From assembly GCA_000004985.1 (NCBI GenBank), contig GG738861.1: a DNA stretch of 64,000 nucleotides. One strand, written 5' to 3'. Below, piece after piece: positions 45,864-58,188 of this stretch. Numbering within the stretch: the first letter of the stretch is position 1; each line of letters starts with the position of its first letter. This DNA is from Naegleria gruberi. Its lineage: Eukaryota. A program made the position numbers and the translations under genes. The notes beneath the pieces were generated by a model. That model saw only the letters and a program-made list of their open reading frames with translations, was not told where the DNA came from and made no database searches.

Positions 45864-47540
45864 TTATTCTTCATCTTCGTTTGTTGCTTTATCAGAGAGC
45901 AAGAGTCTTCTGTGTTGATAGTTTTCCTTAGCAGAATTTAAATTCTTGTCAAAATACTTGAGATCTGCATCCTTATTAAGCGTGTGATGTAAATTGTAAG
46001 TGAGAAGAATGTTTACAAAAGTAGGAAGAAGAATAAATCTAGCTCTTCTCCACAACAATAATAGTGATATCACTTCCAAAGATCTTATGGAGGTATTAAT
46101 AATATTAACTGTGGTAGGACTGAATTTAGTTCCACTGTAATTTGAACCATTCTCTGAATAATATTGTTCCACCTTTTTACCAAATGGCTTGGAAAGCAAT
46201 GTTGTGACCATTAAATCAGCAACAGCTGGAACTAGACCAGCAACAATGGCCCACTTTTTAATGTGATTATTGAATTGCTTTTGAAAATAATATTAATGCA
46301 ATATTCGCAAATTATTCCAATAAAATTATAAAAAACTTACAACAGGTGAATTAGCTCTCTTCTTCCATGAATAGAGGCAATAGACAACAGTAGAAGCCAC
46401 TTCGAGTGGTACCAAACTAACTCTAGCCAAGAGGGTTTTCATTAATCCATTACCTTCTGTATTCTCTCCAAGATTTAATTTCCCTATCGATTCATTATTC
46501 TGTTTCATGAATTCTAATCGCTTGACTGCCTCTATTGAATCCAAATGAAGTCTATTCTCATAGTACTTTTTAATTTCCTCCACAGATCCATCATAATATT
46601 GATACAGTAACTTGAGGGAAATATCATGTTGATTATTTTGCATTAATTTTTGAATGACATTGTGGAAATTGGTTGGACATTCCTCTCTCAAAATTTTCAT
46701 GGCAATCTTGGAGGAGAATAACTTTTCAAGAATTGCCTTAGTGACCTCACTTGTTAAACTAACTTGCAAAGAATCGACAAGACTTGACAAAAAGTCTCTC
46801 TTCCAAATCAATTGCTTGAGAAAATAGTCATATCGACACAATGAATAAATAGTAGAAAGAGTTTCTCTCCTCACTTCAATATTAATCTCATCAGAATTCA
46901 ATTTTTCCACAAGCTTTTCAATATTCAATCCCATCAATGAAGGAAAGCTTCCATAATTACTAGAATTCAATTGTATCGATCGGAGAGTAGTTATTGTTGA
47001 ATCCATATCAAACCTCTCCTGTTCTATCAATTTCCCAACAAATTGTTTATAGTAAAATAAATAATACATGTACAAGAATCCACTCGTTCCTAAAATTGCT
47101 AACAAGGCTACCCAATAATAATTCTTTGGATTTTTCATCATTTCATTCAGGAAGAAGGGAGTCATTTGGATGGATGATTTTGGAAAATAGGCTAGTACTT
47201 GTTGTTCCATAGCTTCTATTCCATTCTTTAAATTGTAGACTTGAGAAAGAAATGTTGGAGAGTTCTTTTCTTTGATTAATCCTGTCTGTTTTCGTTCTTC
47301 TTCCTCCTTCAATGATGAATCGAGTTGTTTCTCAGGGGGAGTATGATCCTCTTTCTTTATCAACTGAAACAGGGAATTGGAAAATTGTCTTTGATTACAT
47401 AATGATTGAATTTGCATTCCTTTCATTCTACCATTTCCCGAAGAAGAATGAAACAAGAGCCTCCTGTTATTACCACTCTTCACCACAAACATCATCAGAG
47501 ATGATTTATTCATTTTTTTAAATCTAAAATTCTTCATCAC
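45864..47540 (-). CDS. Helical (ARM-like) protein with C-terminal TM segments (hypothetical, possibly organellar); exons 47540..46341 and 46253..45864
   Basis: The two ORF-track frames are joined by a GTAAGT donor after ...NSPV and an AG acceptor before WAIVAGLVPAVADL. Exon coordinates come from track arithmetic; my hand count in this region was off by ±1. Confidence 0.45.
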
Positions 47541-47709
47541 AATTAATTTTTCTTAAAATTCCTTTCCTCATCTTGTGCCCAATACCAAGATTGTTCAATA
47601 TGAACAATATGTACTTTGTGATGAACACAAGTTGATTCTCTTATTAACTTTGCAATGTCTTTCACTTCTTCTCAGTGAACAAATCACAAAAGTTTCATAA
47701 ATCAAAAAA

Positions 47710-49047
47710 ATGCCTCTTCCCGCCAGAACTTCATCTTTTAGACGCGCTGCTTCTATTGTATTATCATCAGTAATCAATAATAATAGATCACCATCATCAT
47801 CTTTATCATCCTATCAATGTAACAACAGCTTGAAGGGTTGTTCACAATTGGTTGGATCATCATCAAATGTTAGATTTTATAAATATAATTATTCCCAAAT
47901 ATCTGCTGAAGAGATCCGTAGATTATCTGAAGAGTCTTATTCTAATGGACGTTTGCCTTGGGTCACTGGATTGTTGGGAGTTCTTGCTGGATTCGGATTA
48001 GGTTACTTACTTGCAGAAACAACAGAAGAACCAAAACTCAAAGAAGCAGGAATTGAAAAGGTTGCTAAAGGCTCATCAAAGAATATTGTTGAACTTTTTG
48101 AACAATATGCCGATGTAGATATTGTTGATCCAAAGACTGGACGTACTGAAAAGATGATGAGTCTTGAAGCATTTATCAATTCATTGCTCACTTCTAGACC
48201 TGATGCTCCTTCTTGGGTTGCTCTTCCAAGAAGAGATGGAAAATTACTTGTTGACAAGAAGAGAGCCAATGATGAACAATTGAAACTCATTTTCGACTAT
48301 GCTGATACTGATAAGAATGGATATATTAGTTTTGATGAATATGCATTGTTCATGACCTTCTTGTCATGTTCTGAACGTCAATTACAAATTGCTTTCCAAT
48401 GTTTTGATTTGGATGGATCAGGTAGTATTGAAGCATCAGAATTCAAAGAATTGATCAAAGCTAGTCGTTTGAGAAAGAGTTCCAAGAAGGATATTTTGGA
48501 TGATATTGACTGGAATAATAATGGATTAATGAATCGTTTGTTCGGAAAAGATTTGAGTCAAAAGTTATCATTCGAAGAATTTAACAAGTTTATTCACAAG
48601 TGTAAAAGTGCTCTCTTAAAGCAAGAATTTTTACAATATGATGTTGAAGGAAATGGTTTAATATCTGTTGAAGCCTTCTCTGAGCTCATGACAAAGAGTG
48701 TACATTACAACTCTACTAATATTAGTGATTTCAAGAGACAATTGAATTTGTTGAAAACTAGAGGATTTTTCGCCCCAACTGGACGTATTGATTATGATAC
48801 CTTCAAGGCATTCAATGATATGGCTAGTCACAGTGAAGATATTGGTATTGCTATCCAATTGATCACATCATCAAGAGGTGGTATGAAGAAGCAAGATTTC
48901 AAATTTGCCCTTGAAAGAGTGGCAAAGATTAAGGTTAATGACAGAGTTGTTGATTTGGTCTATGCTATCTATGATAAGGATAAGGATGGCGTTTTGGAAT
49001 ATGATGAATTCATGAGCACCATGAAAGCCAGAAAGGAAAAGATGTAA
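47710..49047 (+). CDS. MICU1: Mitochondrial calcium uptake protein 1 (MICU1-like EF-hand regulator of the uniporter)
   Basis: Presequence-like N-terminus and two canonical EF-hands (DTDKNGYISFDEY; DLDGSGSIEASEF). The C-terminal block VDLVYAIYDKDKDGVLEYDEFMSTMKAR matches MICU1 [29 protein letters not shown]. Confidence 0.8.
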   Translation: MPLPARTSSFRRAASIVLSSVINNNRSPSSSLSSYQCNNSLKGCSQLVGSSSNVRFYKYNYSQISAEEIRRLSEESYSNGRLPWVTGLLGVLAGFGLGYLLAETTEEPKLKEAGIEKVAKGSSKNIVELFEQYADVDIVDPKTGRTEKMMSLEAFINSLLTSRPDAPSWVALPRRDGKLLVDKKRANDEQLKLIFDYADTDKNGYISFDEYALFMTFLSCSERQLQIAFQCFDLDGSGSIEASEFKELIKASRLRKSSKKDILDDIDWNNNGLMNRLFGKDLSQKLSFEEFNKFIHKCKSALLKQEFLQYDVEGNGLISVEAFSELMTKSVHYNSTNISDFKRQLNLLKTRGFFAPTGRIDYDTFKAFNDMASHSEDIGIAIQLITSSRGGMKKQDFKFALERVAKIKVNDRVVDLVYAIYDKDKDGVLEYDEFMSTMKARKEKM

Positions 49048-49245
49048 ACTAGTTCATTTGTATAAATATAAATTATGTCTATTCATCATTGCATGGTATG
49101 ATGATGGTTGACATTTTTGAAATATTAATATTTAATTGTAAATTTAAAATTTAAATGAAATAATTTAAAAATTAAATTGGAAATTCCAACAAATTAAAGA
49201 ATTATAAATTTATTTCCAAATCATGTTAAAAAATCAAAATATCGC

Positions 49246-50136
49246 TTATTGTTGCTTAGGTGTTTCAGCTTTAACTTCTTCAACTGGTTCCGCTATCACT
49301 TCTTCGGTTTCTGACATTTCTTGTTGTGGTTCGAAGACTTCTTCAGCTTCAACAGTTTCAGTTGTCTTTTCTCTGAGCATGTCTTCTTCATATTCTCTCC
49401 AAGTCTTGTTGGTCCAACCATATCTACCCAATCTGTGTTCACCTTCAATTTCTGGAACTTCAACCATCTTTACAAGAACACTTGTTTTTCTATTCAATTC
49501 AAGACCGAAACGACCCTTGGCGTGGAATCTCAAAGCTTTACCATACTTTTGCTTATTGACAATACATTCTCTAATCAAAAGACGGTCAGCATTCATTCCG
49601 TGAATGTTTTCGGCATTTAACATACAACTACGAATGAAACGATAAATAATTGGAGCAATCTTCTTGTCGCAACTTTGTAATTGTATGAGTGCTTCCTTGG
49701 CACTAATTCCACGCAACAATTCAGTGACTTCATTAACCTTCTTTGGACCTTGTTTAATGTTAATTTGTCTGAAAGTAACGGTAGGGAGAGTGTCCAAGAA
49801 TTTAGGAGTGACTTTTGGTCTATCTCTCCATGTTTGTCTGGTTTTATTTCTCACAACAGGTTCCTTCTTATTTCTTGGCTTGATATTCAATGTTGATGGA
49901 TCTGGTAAATTCTTCATAATTTCCTCAATATTTGATGATGAAAGGGCGTTGAGTGATACTTGAGCATTTGAGAAGACGGTATTTGTATGGAAGGATTTAT
50001 TGGAAGTTGTAGTAGAATTTAAAAAGTTGTTGATGGCAGCGTAAGCCGATAAAGAAGGAGTGGTGTTATGATGGAAACAACATGATGAAGAAACAATCTT
50101 GTTGAAGACAGAGTGAGAGGATAAAAATTTTTTCAT
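49246..50136 (-). CDS. MRPL22: Mitochondrial ribosomal protein L22 (uL22m)
   Basis: Ribosomal L22 signature (AKEALIQL...RFIRSCMLNAEN...KGRFGLELNRKTSVLV) preceded by a long presequence. The true ATG is 9 nt inside the track's TTG-start ORF. Confidence 0.7.
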   Translation of the reverse strand: MKKFLSSHSVFNKIVSSSCCFHHNTTPSLSAYAAINNFLNSTTTSNKSFHTNTVFSNAQVSLNALSSSNIEEIMKNLPDPSTLNIKPRNKKEPVVRNKTRQTWRDRPKVTPKFLDTLPTVTFRQINIKQGPKKVNEVTELLRGISAKEALIQLQSCDKKIAPIIYRFIRSCMLNAENIHGMNADRLLIRECIVNKQKYGKALRFHAKGRFGLELNRKTSVLVKMVEVPEIEGEHRLGRYGWTNKTWREYEEDMLREKTTETVEAEEVFEPQQEMSETEEVIAEPVEEVKAETPKQQ

Positions 50137-50560
50137 TTTTTTCAAACTTTACAATATTTTTTTTATTGGCTGAAAAATTAAATTCTTCTTTTTATATTGT
50201 TTTATGTAAATTCATTGAGGAGAGAGATAATTTTATGTTTGATTATTGTTTACATATGATTCAATAGTTAGTAATAATTAAGAAATTATTTTTCTAACAA
50301 GTATTTTTCGGATTCCCGAATTTTTTGTTCAACAATTTCTTCATCCCCTATTACTTAGAAAAATATTCAACCTAGTCCATTCTTCAACTCGTGCGCTTTC
50401 ATACTTCATAATACATTCAATACCAACAAGACAAATATTATATGGTACAAGCATTACAATAATAAATAATAACAGGTCAAATATTGTCTCCAGGATAATA
50501 ATCAAGCGTTTTCCGAAACCTAATTGCGCAACAGAATCAAAGGCTTGTGAATTTAAAAAA

Positions 50561-51742
50561 ATGTCTCTTCTCGGATCCCTTTTTTCAAGCCTTTGGTATG
50601 GCTTCATGTGGTAGGTATCTAATCAAATTGATGCATTGTTCATACAGATGATTGTTGTTGCTTTTGAAAACCAACGATCCATTATTGTTGTTGTTATTCT
50701 CTCTTGTTGATTATTATAGGCTCACTGGTGTCATCATTGGTGTCATGATTTTGTTCAAGGTTCTCTTTATTATTTATTGCAAGTACTTCCCTAATGCTGA
50801 TCTCAAGAAGAGATATCAAACTGAATGGGCTATGGTTACAGGTGGTAGTTCTGGTATTGGTGCCAGTTTGGTTGAAAAGTTGTTGAGAGACCAAAAGATG
50901 AATGTTGTCATTGTTGCTTTGGAAGACAAGTTGTTGACTGATTTCACAAAGAAGATGCAAGAAACATACAAGGACAGAAAGGTTGTTGCCATTGGTGTCG
51001 ATTTGAGTAATGATAACCCAGAAACTGGTTACATGAAGTCTATCATTGAAAAGACCAAGGATATTGATATTGGTTGTGTTTTCTGTAATGCTGGTTTCTT
51101 CAGATTGGCTGGTTTTGATAAGGTCAATATTGAAGATCACATGAAGCAAATTGAATGGTAAGTTTTAGTAATGATCATATTTTGATCTAATTCCGATGAT
51201 TATTTCACACCAAAAATTTTCACATCAAATCATGAAAATCAATAATTGAAAACAATCGTTCTAATAGTAATACTCTCTCATATGTCAAGATTACTCACCA
51301 CTTCTTCTGCAAGTTCAAGCAACAAAAGCACAAGAAGCTCATTTCTATGACTTGTAGTTCTGTTTCTTACTTCCCAGCCCCATTCTCTGTCATGTATGGT
51401 GCTACCAAGTCCTTCTTGAACAGTTTTGCTTCTTCATTGGCCATTGAAGGTATTGCCAACAATATTGATATTTTGGCTTATAATCCTCAATACACTCGTT
51501 CTAACTTGTATGCCAACTCTCCAAAATTGAGTGTTTTGGACTTTATGGCTTTGATTGGTTCCGATTGTGATGATGTTGCTCAAGAAATGCTCAACTCTGT
51601 TGGTAAGGTTAATTACAGAGATCAAGGATTGTACTCTATCTTTATGAAGATCTTTGGTGGTATTGTCTTTGACATGAACTGGTTGTTCCCATTGATGGCT
51701 ATGGGTGTTTCTATGGCTCCTGAATTCAAAAAGTTGAACTAA
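50561..51742 (+). CDS. Short-chain dehydrogenase/reductase, 17β-HSD12 / very-long-chain 3-ketoacyl-CoA reductase-like; exons 50561..50610, 50720..51157 and 51268..51742
   Basis: TGGSSGIG cofactor motif and NAG, then after splicing the catalytic YGATKSF (YxxxK). Introns of 109 and 110 nt were resolved in phase 2. An N-terminal TM anchor is present. Confidence 0.65.
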
Positions 51743-51900
51743 ATTTTTGTATTTTATTGAGTGGATTTTTATTTCTTTTATTGGAATTTAAATGGAATTT
51801 TATATGAATGTTAAATACTAGATAATGGAAAGGAAAGGATCAATTACTATTGATTTAAAAACACGTGTTTCCTAATTTCTTGAATTCTTTACAAAAAAAA

Positions 51901-53271
51901 ATGCAACCACTAATACCAGAAAAGCAATCATTTTCATTATTGATTTTATTTTCCTCCCTGTTGGTCGGATCGCTGACCATCATTGCCTCACTCGTTAATT
52001 CACATGTTCCCAATCCGTACATGGATGAAATCTTTCACATTCCTCAAGCTATTAAATTCGTACAGAATAGATTTACAGAGTGGGATGACAAAATTACAAC
52101 TCTGCCTGGACTTTATTTATTTTCCTACGTGTATGAACATTTGGGAATGAATATTTCATCGATAAGGAGTTATATGGGAACGAGTGCATCATTCCGAAGC
52201 TTGAATTTAATATTTACCTTGTTGATGTTTATTGTTTTGGGAGGATTATTGAAAAATTATGCAAAGGCTTTCAGATTGACACTCTTTCCATTGACTTATT
52301 TCTTTGCATTCTTGTATTATACTGATGTTGGATCGTGTTTATTTGTATTACTTTCTGTATATTTTGCAAGGAAGAATCAAATTGCATTGAGTGGACTCTG
52401 CTCGCTTATTGCTGTTTTATTTAGACAGAGTAATATTATTTGGGCATTTTGGATTGTATTGTCGAGTATTATTGAGTCATTTGAAAGTACTGATGTTGAA
52501 TTCAGTAGTGGAAGTATTTTTACTCAATCGAGGAAGTTTATTGGAGGATGTTTGACTAATTTCTTCTCAATCTTGATCAAGTTTTGGAGTTTTGCATTGC
52601 TTGCAATTGGATTTTTAGCATTTGTAAAATGGAATAATGGTCTAACTGTTGGGGACCGTTCCAATCATATTGCCACAACACATGTATCTCAATTATTTTA
52701 CTTTTTCTCATTTGTCATGTTGATGGAGCCAGGTATTATCTTATTCAGATATTTGCTGAGCTTGAAGAGTGTCATTATTGGAAAATGGAAAATCATTGTT
52801 CTTAGTCTATTAGTATTGACACCAATTTTTATTTACCTATCGTTGAATTACAGTTATGTTCACAAGTTTATTTTGAGTGATAATAGACATTACATTTTCT
52901 ACTTGTGGAGAAGGCTATTCAAGATTCATATCATTCCAGAAATTCAACTTGCCGAATGTATCAAATTTTCTCCAATTTATGTACTTGCATTGTTGATTAT
53001 TATTGCAGAATTGAGAAGAAACCAAAAGAGTTCCCTATGGATTGGAACGTTCTTGTTTTGTACGGCATTGAACTTGATTCCTCTTCCATTGATTGAATTC
53101 AGATACTTTATCATTCCATTCATGATTTTAAATTTGAATACAAGCAGCAGTGACAGACAAGAATTTGTCAATATTTTGTGGTATCTATTAATTAATGGAG
53201 CTACTTTGTACATGTTCCTTTTCAAACCTTTTGTAGGACCTGATGGAAATGAGGCAAGATTCATGTGGTAA
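51901..53271 (+). CDS. ALG10: Dol-P-Glc:Glc2Man9GlcNAc2-PP-Dol alpha-1,2-glucosyltransferase (ALG10/DIE2)
   Basis: MDEIFHIPQA, ITTLPGLY, FRQSNIIWA, VGDRSNH, LADNRHYTFYLWRR and EFRYFIIP blocks are collinear with ALG10, including the C-terminal FMW. Confidence 0.85.
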   Translation: MQPLIPEKQSFSLLILFSSLLVGSLTIIASLVNSHVPNPYMDEIFHIPQAIKFVQNRFTEWDDKITTLPGLYLFSYVYEHLGMNISSIRSYMGTSASFRSLNLIFTLLMFIVLGGLLKNYAKAFRLTLFPLTYFFAFLYYTDVGSCLFVLLSVYFARKNQIALSGLCSLIAVLFRQSNIIWAFWIVLSSIIESFESTDVEFSSGSIFTQSRKFIGGCLTNFFSILIKFWSFALLAIGFLAFVKWNNGLTVGDRSNHIATTHVSQLFYFFSFVMLMEPGIILFRYLLSLKSVIIGKWKIIVLSLLVLTPIFIYLSLNYSYVHKFILSDNRHYIFYLWRRLFKIHIIPEIQLAECIKFSPIYVLALLIIIAELRRNQKSSLWIGTFLFCTALNLIPLPLIEFRYFIIPFMILNLNTSSSDRQEFVNILWYLLINGATLYMFLFKPFVGPDGNEARFMW

Positions 53272-53352
53272 AATATATGAATAAATGTCAAGTTGTTTGT
53301 TTGAACAACTATTTCAGAATATTATTCTGTTATTCCCATTTCAAAAATATAT

Positions 53353-54456
53353 TTAAAATCCTTCTGCTAGAGGATCATCATCGTCATCAAAGTCATCGTC
53401 CATATTCATTGAGGACATGGATTTCTTCTTGTCATTCTCCTCTGTCTCTTCCAATAATTTTAGCTTGTTCACATTAGGACTAGCTCCAGGGTGGAGTGGA
53501 TTCTCCTCGTAATAGTGAGATAGTAAATGAGTTGGGGTTTCACTTGGATGTTTTGGAGGTAAATCTTCACTCACTTGAAGTTCATACTTTTCCACATTTT
53601 CTTGAGAAAATTCCTTATATTTGGATCTGTCAGCTTTGGTTGCCAGGTAGTGATCCGATTTCAAGTGGTGACACTCTCTGCAAAGCTCTGTTTCAGGATT
53701 CACAATTTTTGGATTGTAAACATACAGCTCACTACCCTCCTCTCCAACAGGCCAAGATTGAAAGAGTTGACATGCACAACTACTCACGGAACAAGCACCT
53801 CGATATGGATCACAATCAATTTCTGGAACAAATCTTTCAGGTTCTCTCCAACCTGGATGCCAATTCAGATTATATCTCGATAAATCATTCCCAAATAGAG
53901 CCAATTTTTCTGGGAATGCCTTGGAAATTTTCATTTTAGCCTCAACAGCTTGATCTAGAAGAATTAATAATTTTCTCTTCTTTTCCTCAAACTCTTCTTT
54001 TGTTTCTGTTTGGTCAACTCTATCATTTGAGAGCAATTCCAATAAACTGTCTTGTTCCTCATCATCTTTTTCAGATGAAGGATTAACTTGCTGATGATTC
54101 TTTGGAATTAAAATTGGATTAAATTCAGAATGTTGATGATTGGAATTTGTAAAATTATTTTCTTGTTCCTTTTTGAAGAAGAATTGATTATTGAGTGAAG
54201 ATTGAATTTCTGGTTTTCTCTCATTATTTTTCAATCCTCCTCTATTTAAATCATTTCCGAAATACCAATCTAAATTGTTGGATCGATAATTTCGATTCTC
54301 GCTCCTATTAATTGTATTGTTGGATTGATGAGTGACCACCCGTTGAGTATGATTCAAACAGGTTTGAAGTGGTATTGAAAATACATGTCTAGCCAACACT
54401 CCAAGTCTCCTCCCAGTAACACTTTGATTCAACGCTTCCTTGTTGCTGTTATTCAT
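53353..54456 (-). CDS. Cys/His-rich putative zinc-binding protein with an acidic C-terminus (hypothetical)
   Basis: CDPYRGACSVSSCACQ...CRECHHLKSDHY cluster. No family recognised. Confidence 0.4.
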   Translation of the reverse strand: MNNSNKEALNQSVTGRRLGVLARHVFSIPLQTCLNHTQRVVTHQSNNTINRSENRNYRSNNLDWYFGNDLNRGGLKNNERKPEIQSSLNNQFFFKKEQENNFTNSNHQHSEFNPILIPKNHQQVNPSSEKDDEEQDSLLELLSNDRVDQTETKEEFEEKKRKLLILLDQAVEAKMKISKAFPEKLALFGNDLSRYNLNWHPGWREPERFVPEIDCDPYRGACSVSSCACQLFQSWPVGEEGSELYVYNPKIVNPETELCRECHHLKSDHYLATKADRSKYKEFSQENVEKYELQVSEDLPPKHPSETPTHLLSHYYEENPLHPGASPNVNKLKLLEETEENDKKKSMSSMNMDDDFDDDDDPLAEGF

Positions 54457-54672
54457 TGATAAAGCCTTTAATTTGATGAAGAAATATTTTTAAAACATTT
54501 TTTTGATTTCTTTTAACGATGAGAGTAAGATTAAATATCATAATATAATATTATACCATCCGATTCACTAATAATACAATCATCATTTCAAATCCAATAA
54601 GAAAGAGAACAATAGAGAAGAAATATTAAATTTTAAATTAAATTTAAAAATAATGTTGGAAAAATAAAAAAA

Positions 54673-55169
54673 ATGCCTTTGGATTTCAAGTTTGAAATTG
54701 GTAACCCATTCTTGTTGGGTAATGCCATCGGTTTCTTGGGTTATGCTGGTGCTTGTAAACTTCAACGTGTTCACTTCGTCAGAAGTAAGTAGGATAGTGA
54801 TAAATATGATAGAAGGATTTTGTTGTTGCAAAAACGTTATTACGGAACATTTTGACTGGATTTAATTGTTAATGATAATTTTATGAATATATCGGATGAT
54901 GACAATGATCTTTAAATAATTATTGTTAATATTATTATTAATTTAACTAAATAGGACCTTGGCACTTGATTACCACCATGTTGCTCACTGGTACTGGTTT
55001 CCAAGCTTATAGTGGAGCTCATGAAAGTTTCACTGATGATTTGGTCAGAAAGAGAAGACTGTACGTTCAAAGAAGAAGAAAGAGATTCAACTCCTCCGAT
55101 GATGTTGCTGACAGAGTCAATGATGACAAGGACTTGTACAAAAACATTTCAAAGGATTTGGCTCAATAA
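54673..55169 (+). CDS. Small 2-TM mitochondrial-type membrane protein (HIG1/Rcf1-like, tentative); exons 54673..54784 and 54955..55169
   Basis: GNAIGFLGYAGACKLQR...HLITTMLLTGTGFQAYSG hairpin resembling HIG1 (GIAGFAAIVAYGLYKLKSRG...RVAAQGFVVGAM). A GTAAGT/AG intron of 170 nt sits in phase 1. Confidence 0.35.
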
Positions 55170-55615
55170 GTGGACCATTACTATAGTAACATTTTAATTA
55201 TTTACGATTTTCATAAACAATAAAAAAACCAAATATTTAAAATTGGGAAATTATCGAGAATTAAAACACTATATTAATAATTTAATTCTTTTTATGGAAT
55301 TTTGATAAAGTGATTTTTCATTCTAACCATTCATCTTCATCATGTACGTGTATAATAATTATTTAAAACTTGAATATTATTATTCTGTATTATAATCTTC
55401 AATAATACGTCATTATAAATATTCGTAATTCCTCTTGATATTATTCATCATAACTGAACTGCATCCAAGAAAGTACTCTGTTGTGTGATGATGTGTTGAG
55501 CCACAATGCTGATGGAATTACTTTTGCTGAGCAAGGCAGCAAGACGTGTCACTTAAAAATGCCTTCTAACTTTTGTAAACGCACCTTGCCAAGCTAAAAT
55601 CATTCACAAAAAAAA

Positions 55616-55825
55616 ATGGATCTTGTTGACGAAGTTGCCCAACCAGCCGGTGAATTCTACCGTGCTTCTAAGAGATTTATTACTATTTGCAAGAAGCCAG
55701 ATTCAAAGGAATTTTCAAAGATTGCCTTTGCTACTGCTATTGGATTTTTGATTATGGGATTCATCGGATTCTTTGTGAAACTTATCCACATCCCAATCAA
55801 CAACATCATCATCGGTAACCAATAA
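55616..55825 (+). CDS. SEC61G: Sec61 translocon gamma subunit (SSS1)
   Basis: [41 protein letters not shown] is near-identical to human SEC61G. Confidence 0.9.
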   Translation: MDLVDEVAQPAGEFYRASKRFITICKKPDSKEFSKIAFATAIGFLIMGFIGFFVKLIHIPINNIIIGNQ

Positions 55826-56311
55826 TTTCCTTTTTCTCCTTTATATTTGTAGAACACACAATCCCTAAACTTTTTGTATATTCACTTCCTCCCCTCGCTA
55901 ACCAATAAAAGCGTAAAAAATTAAAAAATTATTAAAAAATTTTCATCATTAATTTTTTGCCGATCGCTTGGGAGGAAAGATTTTTCAAGTTTTCATCAGT
56001 TTAAAGCTGACTGATTTTGAATGCCAACAAATTGAATTGTGATCATGAAAGGTCATTCTTCTCATCGATAACTGTCTATTAGTGGTACCGTGACTCTCAA
56101 AATTGCAACGATATCAACAATGAGACACTGCTACCCACAAGTATACCGTGAAATAAGATGATATTGGAAATTCAATAGCAGCCTTACTATTTTCCAAACT
56201 CCAAAATTCCCCAAATAAGGCCAGCTTCTAGACTCTGTCCACTCACACAAACTTATTAATACATAAATTTTACACAAAGCAGTCCGTTTAAATTAAACTG
56301 TCAGCAAAAAA

Positions 56312-56839
56312 ATGGTCAGAGCATTCTACATCGACAATCCTGAAAGATCAGTTACTTTGGAGGAATTGGAACAATCGGTGGGTGTATTGTACACTTTCAT
56401 TGATAACAAGGACTATGAAACTCGTATTCAAGAAATCTGCAAGGAAAGAGGATACGGCCATCGTTCAATGGTCTACTTGTACAAGGAAAAGATGCCAAAC
56501 ATTGATGAAATGCTTCCTAAATTCTTTGATGAACATATTCATGAATTTGAAGAAATTAGATACTTTGTTGACGGATCAGGTATTTTCGATGTTAGAGACA
56601 AATCCGATGAATGGATTAGAATTCTTGTTGAAGCTGGTGATTTGCTTGTTTTACCTGCTGGTATTTATCACAGATTCACTTTGGATGATAAGAAGTATGC
56701 TATTGCTATGCGTTTATTCTTGGAATGTATGGCTGAACCTATTTGGACTCCTCTTAATCGTTCCGAACAAGGCATTGAAGAATTGCCATGCAGAAAGGAA
56801 TATGTTAATAAGTTTAACTTGATTGTAAAGGCAATTTAA
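56312..56839 (+). CDS. ADI1: Acireductone dioxygenase (ARD/ADI1), methionine salvage
   Basis: EEIRYFVDGSGIFDVRDKSDEWIRI...LPAGIYHRFTLD cupin motifs align to human ADI1. Confidence 0.9.
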   Translation: MVRAFYIDNPERSVTLEELEQSVGVLYTFIDNKDYETRIQEICKERGYGHRSMVYLYKEKMPNIDEMLPKFFDEHIHEFEEIRYFVDGSGIFDVRDKSDEWIRILVEAGDLLVLPAGIYHRFTLDDKKYAIAMRLFLECMAEPIWTPLNRSEQGIEELPCRKEYVNKFNLIVKAI

Positions 56840-56882
56840 ATGATTACATTCTTGGAAAAGCAAAAATCTTCAAATAAATTAT

Positions 56883-57929
56883 TTATTCATCTTGCATTTC
56901 ATCAACAGTTCTCTTCTTATTAACTTGTTCAGAGGAAAGTTCAGTAACTTTAACAACACCTCTGATGGCCTTTCTCATTTCTGAATGTTTCAAGGCGTGC
57001 AGAGCATTGGCTGTGATGAGAGATTTACCAACAACAAAACTCAATCCAAATAATCCAACCATATTGGCAACATCATGAGGAGATCTAATGAATGGAAGTT
57101 GATTAATATCTTGTACAATAGCTGTGCTCAACATTTTAGAACTACCATTCGAAAAGATTAATTGTTTAGCCTTAAAGTTACGAATCATGACAATGAGGAA
57201 TTGAATCCAATTGGAAATACCAAACTTTTTCAATTCATCCTTGGAATGAACAACATCTCCATAACAAAATTCCATACAAATATTTCTCCTCAAAGCTTCC
57301 TTCAGTTTGTTCTTTGATTTTCTAATAACTGTATCGAGGGTTGTATCAAATGGAGGTCTAAAGCTCAAAATATCAATATTAGATTTTGTACAAATAGTAC
57401 TCAAATAAGAAATCATATTATCACAAGATAAGTGTTGTCCAATTTGTAAATCCAAAGCAATAATATCAATTTCTTGATAAATTTCCTCCTCAAAGTTCAT
57501 ATTCACAAGTTTCTTGTGCAAATCAGAAGAATATGTCAATCGTGTAAATACTTTAAAATCCCTTCCTCCATCTTGATTAAATAATGAACAAGTAGCATTG
57601 GACTTTTTACGAAGAGGAGCAATGAATGAAATTTTAGAATCATGCTCCAATTTATCCAATGATTCCCTCAAATATTTAACAATTATTGGAAATGTATCTT
57701 GAATGATTTGATTTTGTTGTCCGATATTTGTAGAGTCAATAGTAATATTTAAACAAACTCCTTGCCAACCCACTTTTCCCAAATAAAAGAAGAAGAAGAA
57801 TTTCAGATTATATATATTAAAAACCCCATATGCACACCACACGCGGTGATATTTGCAAATGGTGTGATTCATCATTATAAATATTATTATAATTAATAAT
57901 ACTGTGTGATGATGGAATTTTACATACAA
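56883..57929 (-). CDS. RPP30: RNase P/MRP protein subunit p30 (RPP30/Rpp1); 5' end and first intron unresolved
   Basis: RSPHDVANMVGLFGLS...ANALHALKHSEMRKAI aligns to RPP30 RGPYDVANLGLLFGLS...RAALLHGETRKTA. Confidence 0.65.
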   Translation of the reverse strand: MYVKFHHHTVLLIIIIFIMMNHTICKYHRVWCAYGVFNIYNLKFFFFFYLGKVGWQGVCLNITIDSTNIGQQNQIIQDTFPIIVKYLRESLDKLEHDSKISFIAPLRKKSNATCSLFNQDGGRDFKVFTRLTYSSDLHKKLVNMNFEEEIYQEIDIIALDLQIGQHLSCDNMISYLSTICTKSNIDILSFRPPFDTTLDTVIRKSKNKLKEALRRNICMEFCYGDVVHSKDELKKFGISNWIQFLIVMIRNFKAKQLIFSNGSSKMLSTAIVQDINQLPFIRSPHDVANMVGLFGLSFVVGKSLITANALHALKHSEMRKAIRGVVKVTELSSEQVNKKRTVDEMQDE

Positions 57930-58188
57930 TTTCTCAGAAAACTACAACGATGAGCCAGTGACGACAAGTAACTATCCGATGTATCGGCTTTAATTGGGAA
58001 ATTGCACTCCAAGTACATTTTGAATTTTTTTAATAACTTTTTTAAGAAAATTTGAAATTTTATTAAAATTGAATTAAACTTTATTGAACTCAATTGATTG
58101 GAATTATTGCTTTGGATATTTGTTGAGTAGAATGAAATCTGTTTTATTTGGAAAAATTCCTTTAAATTAATTTAGGTAACTTGTTAAA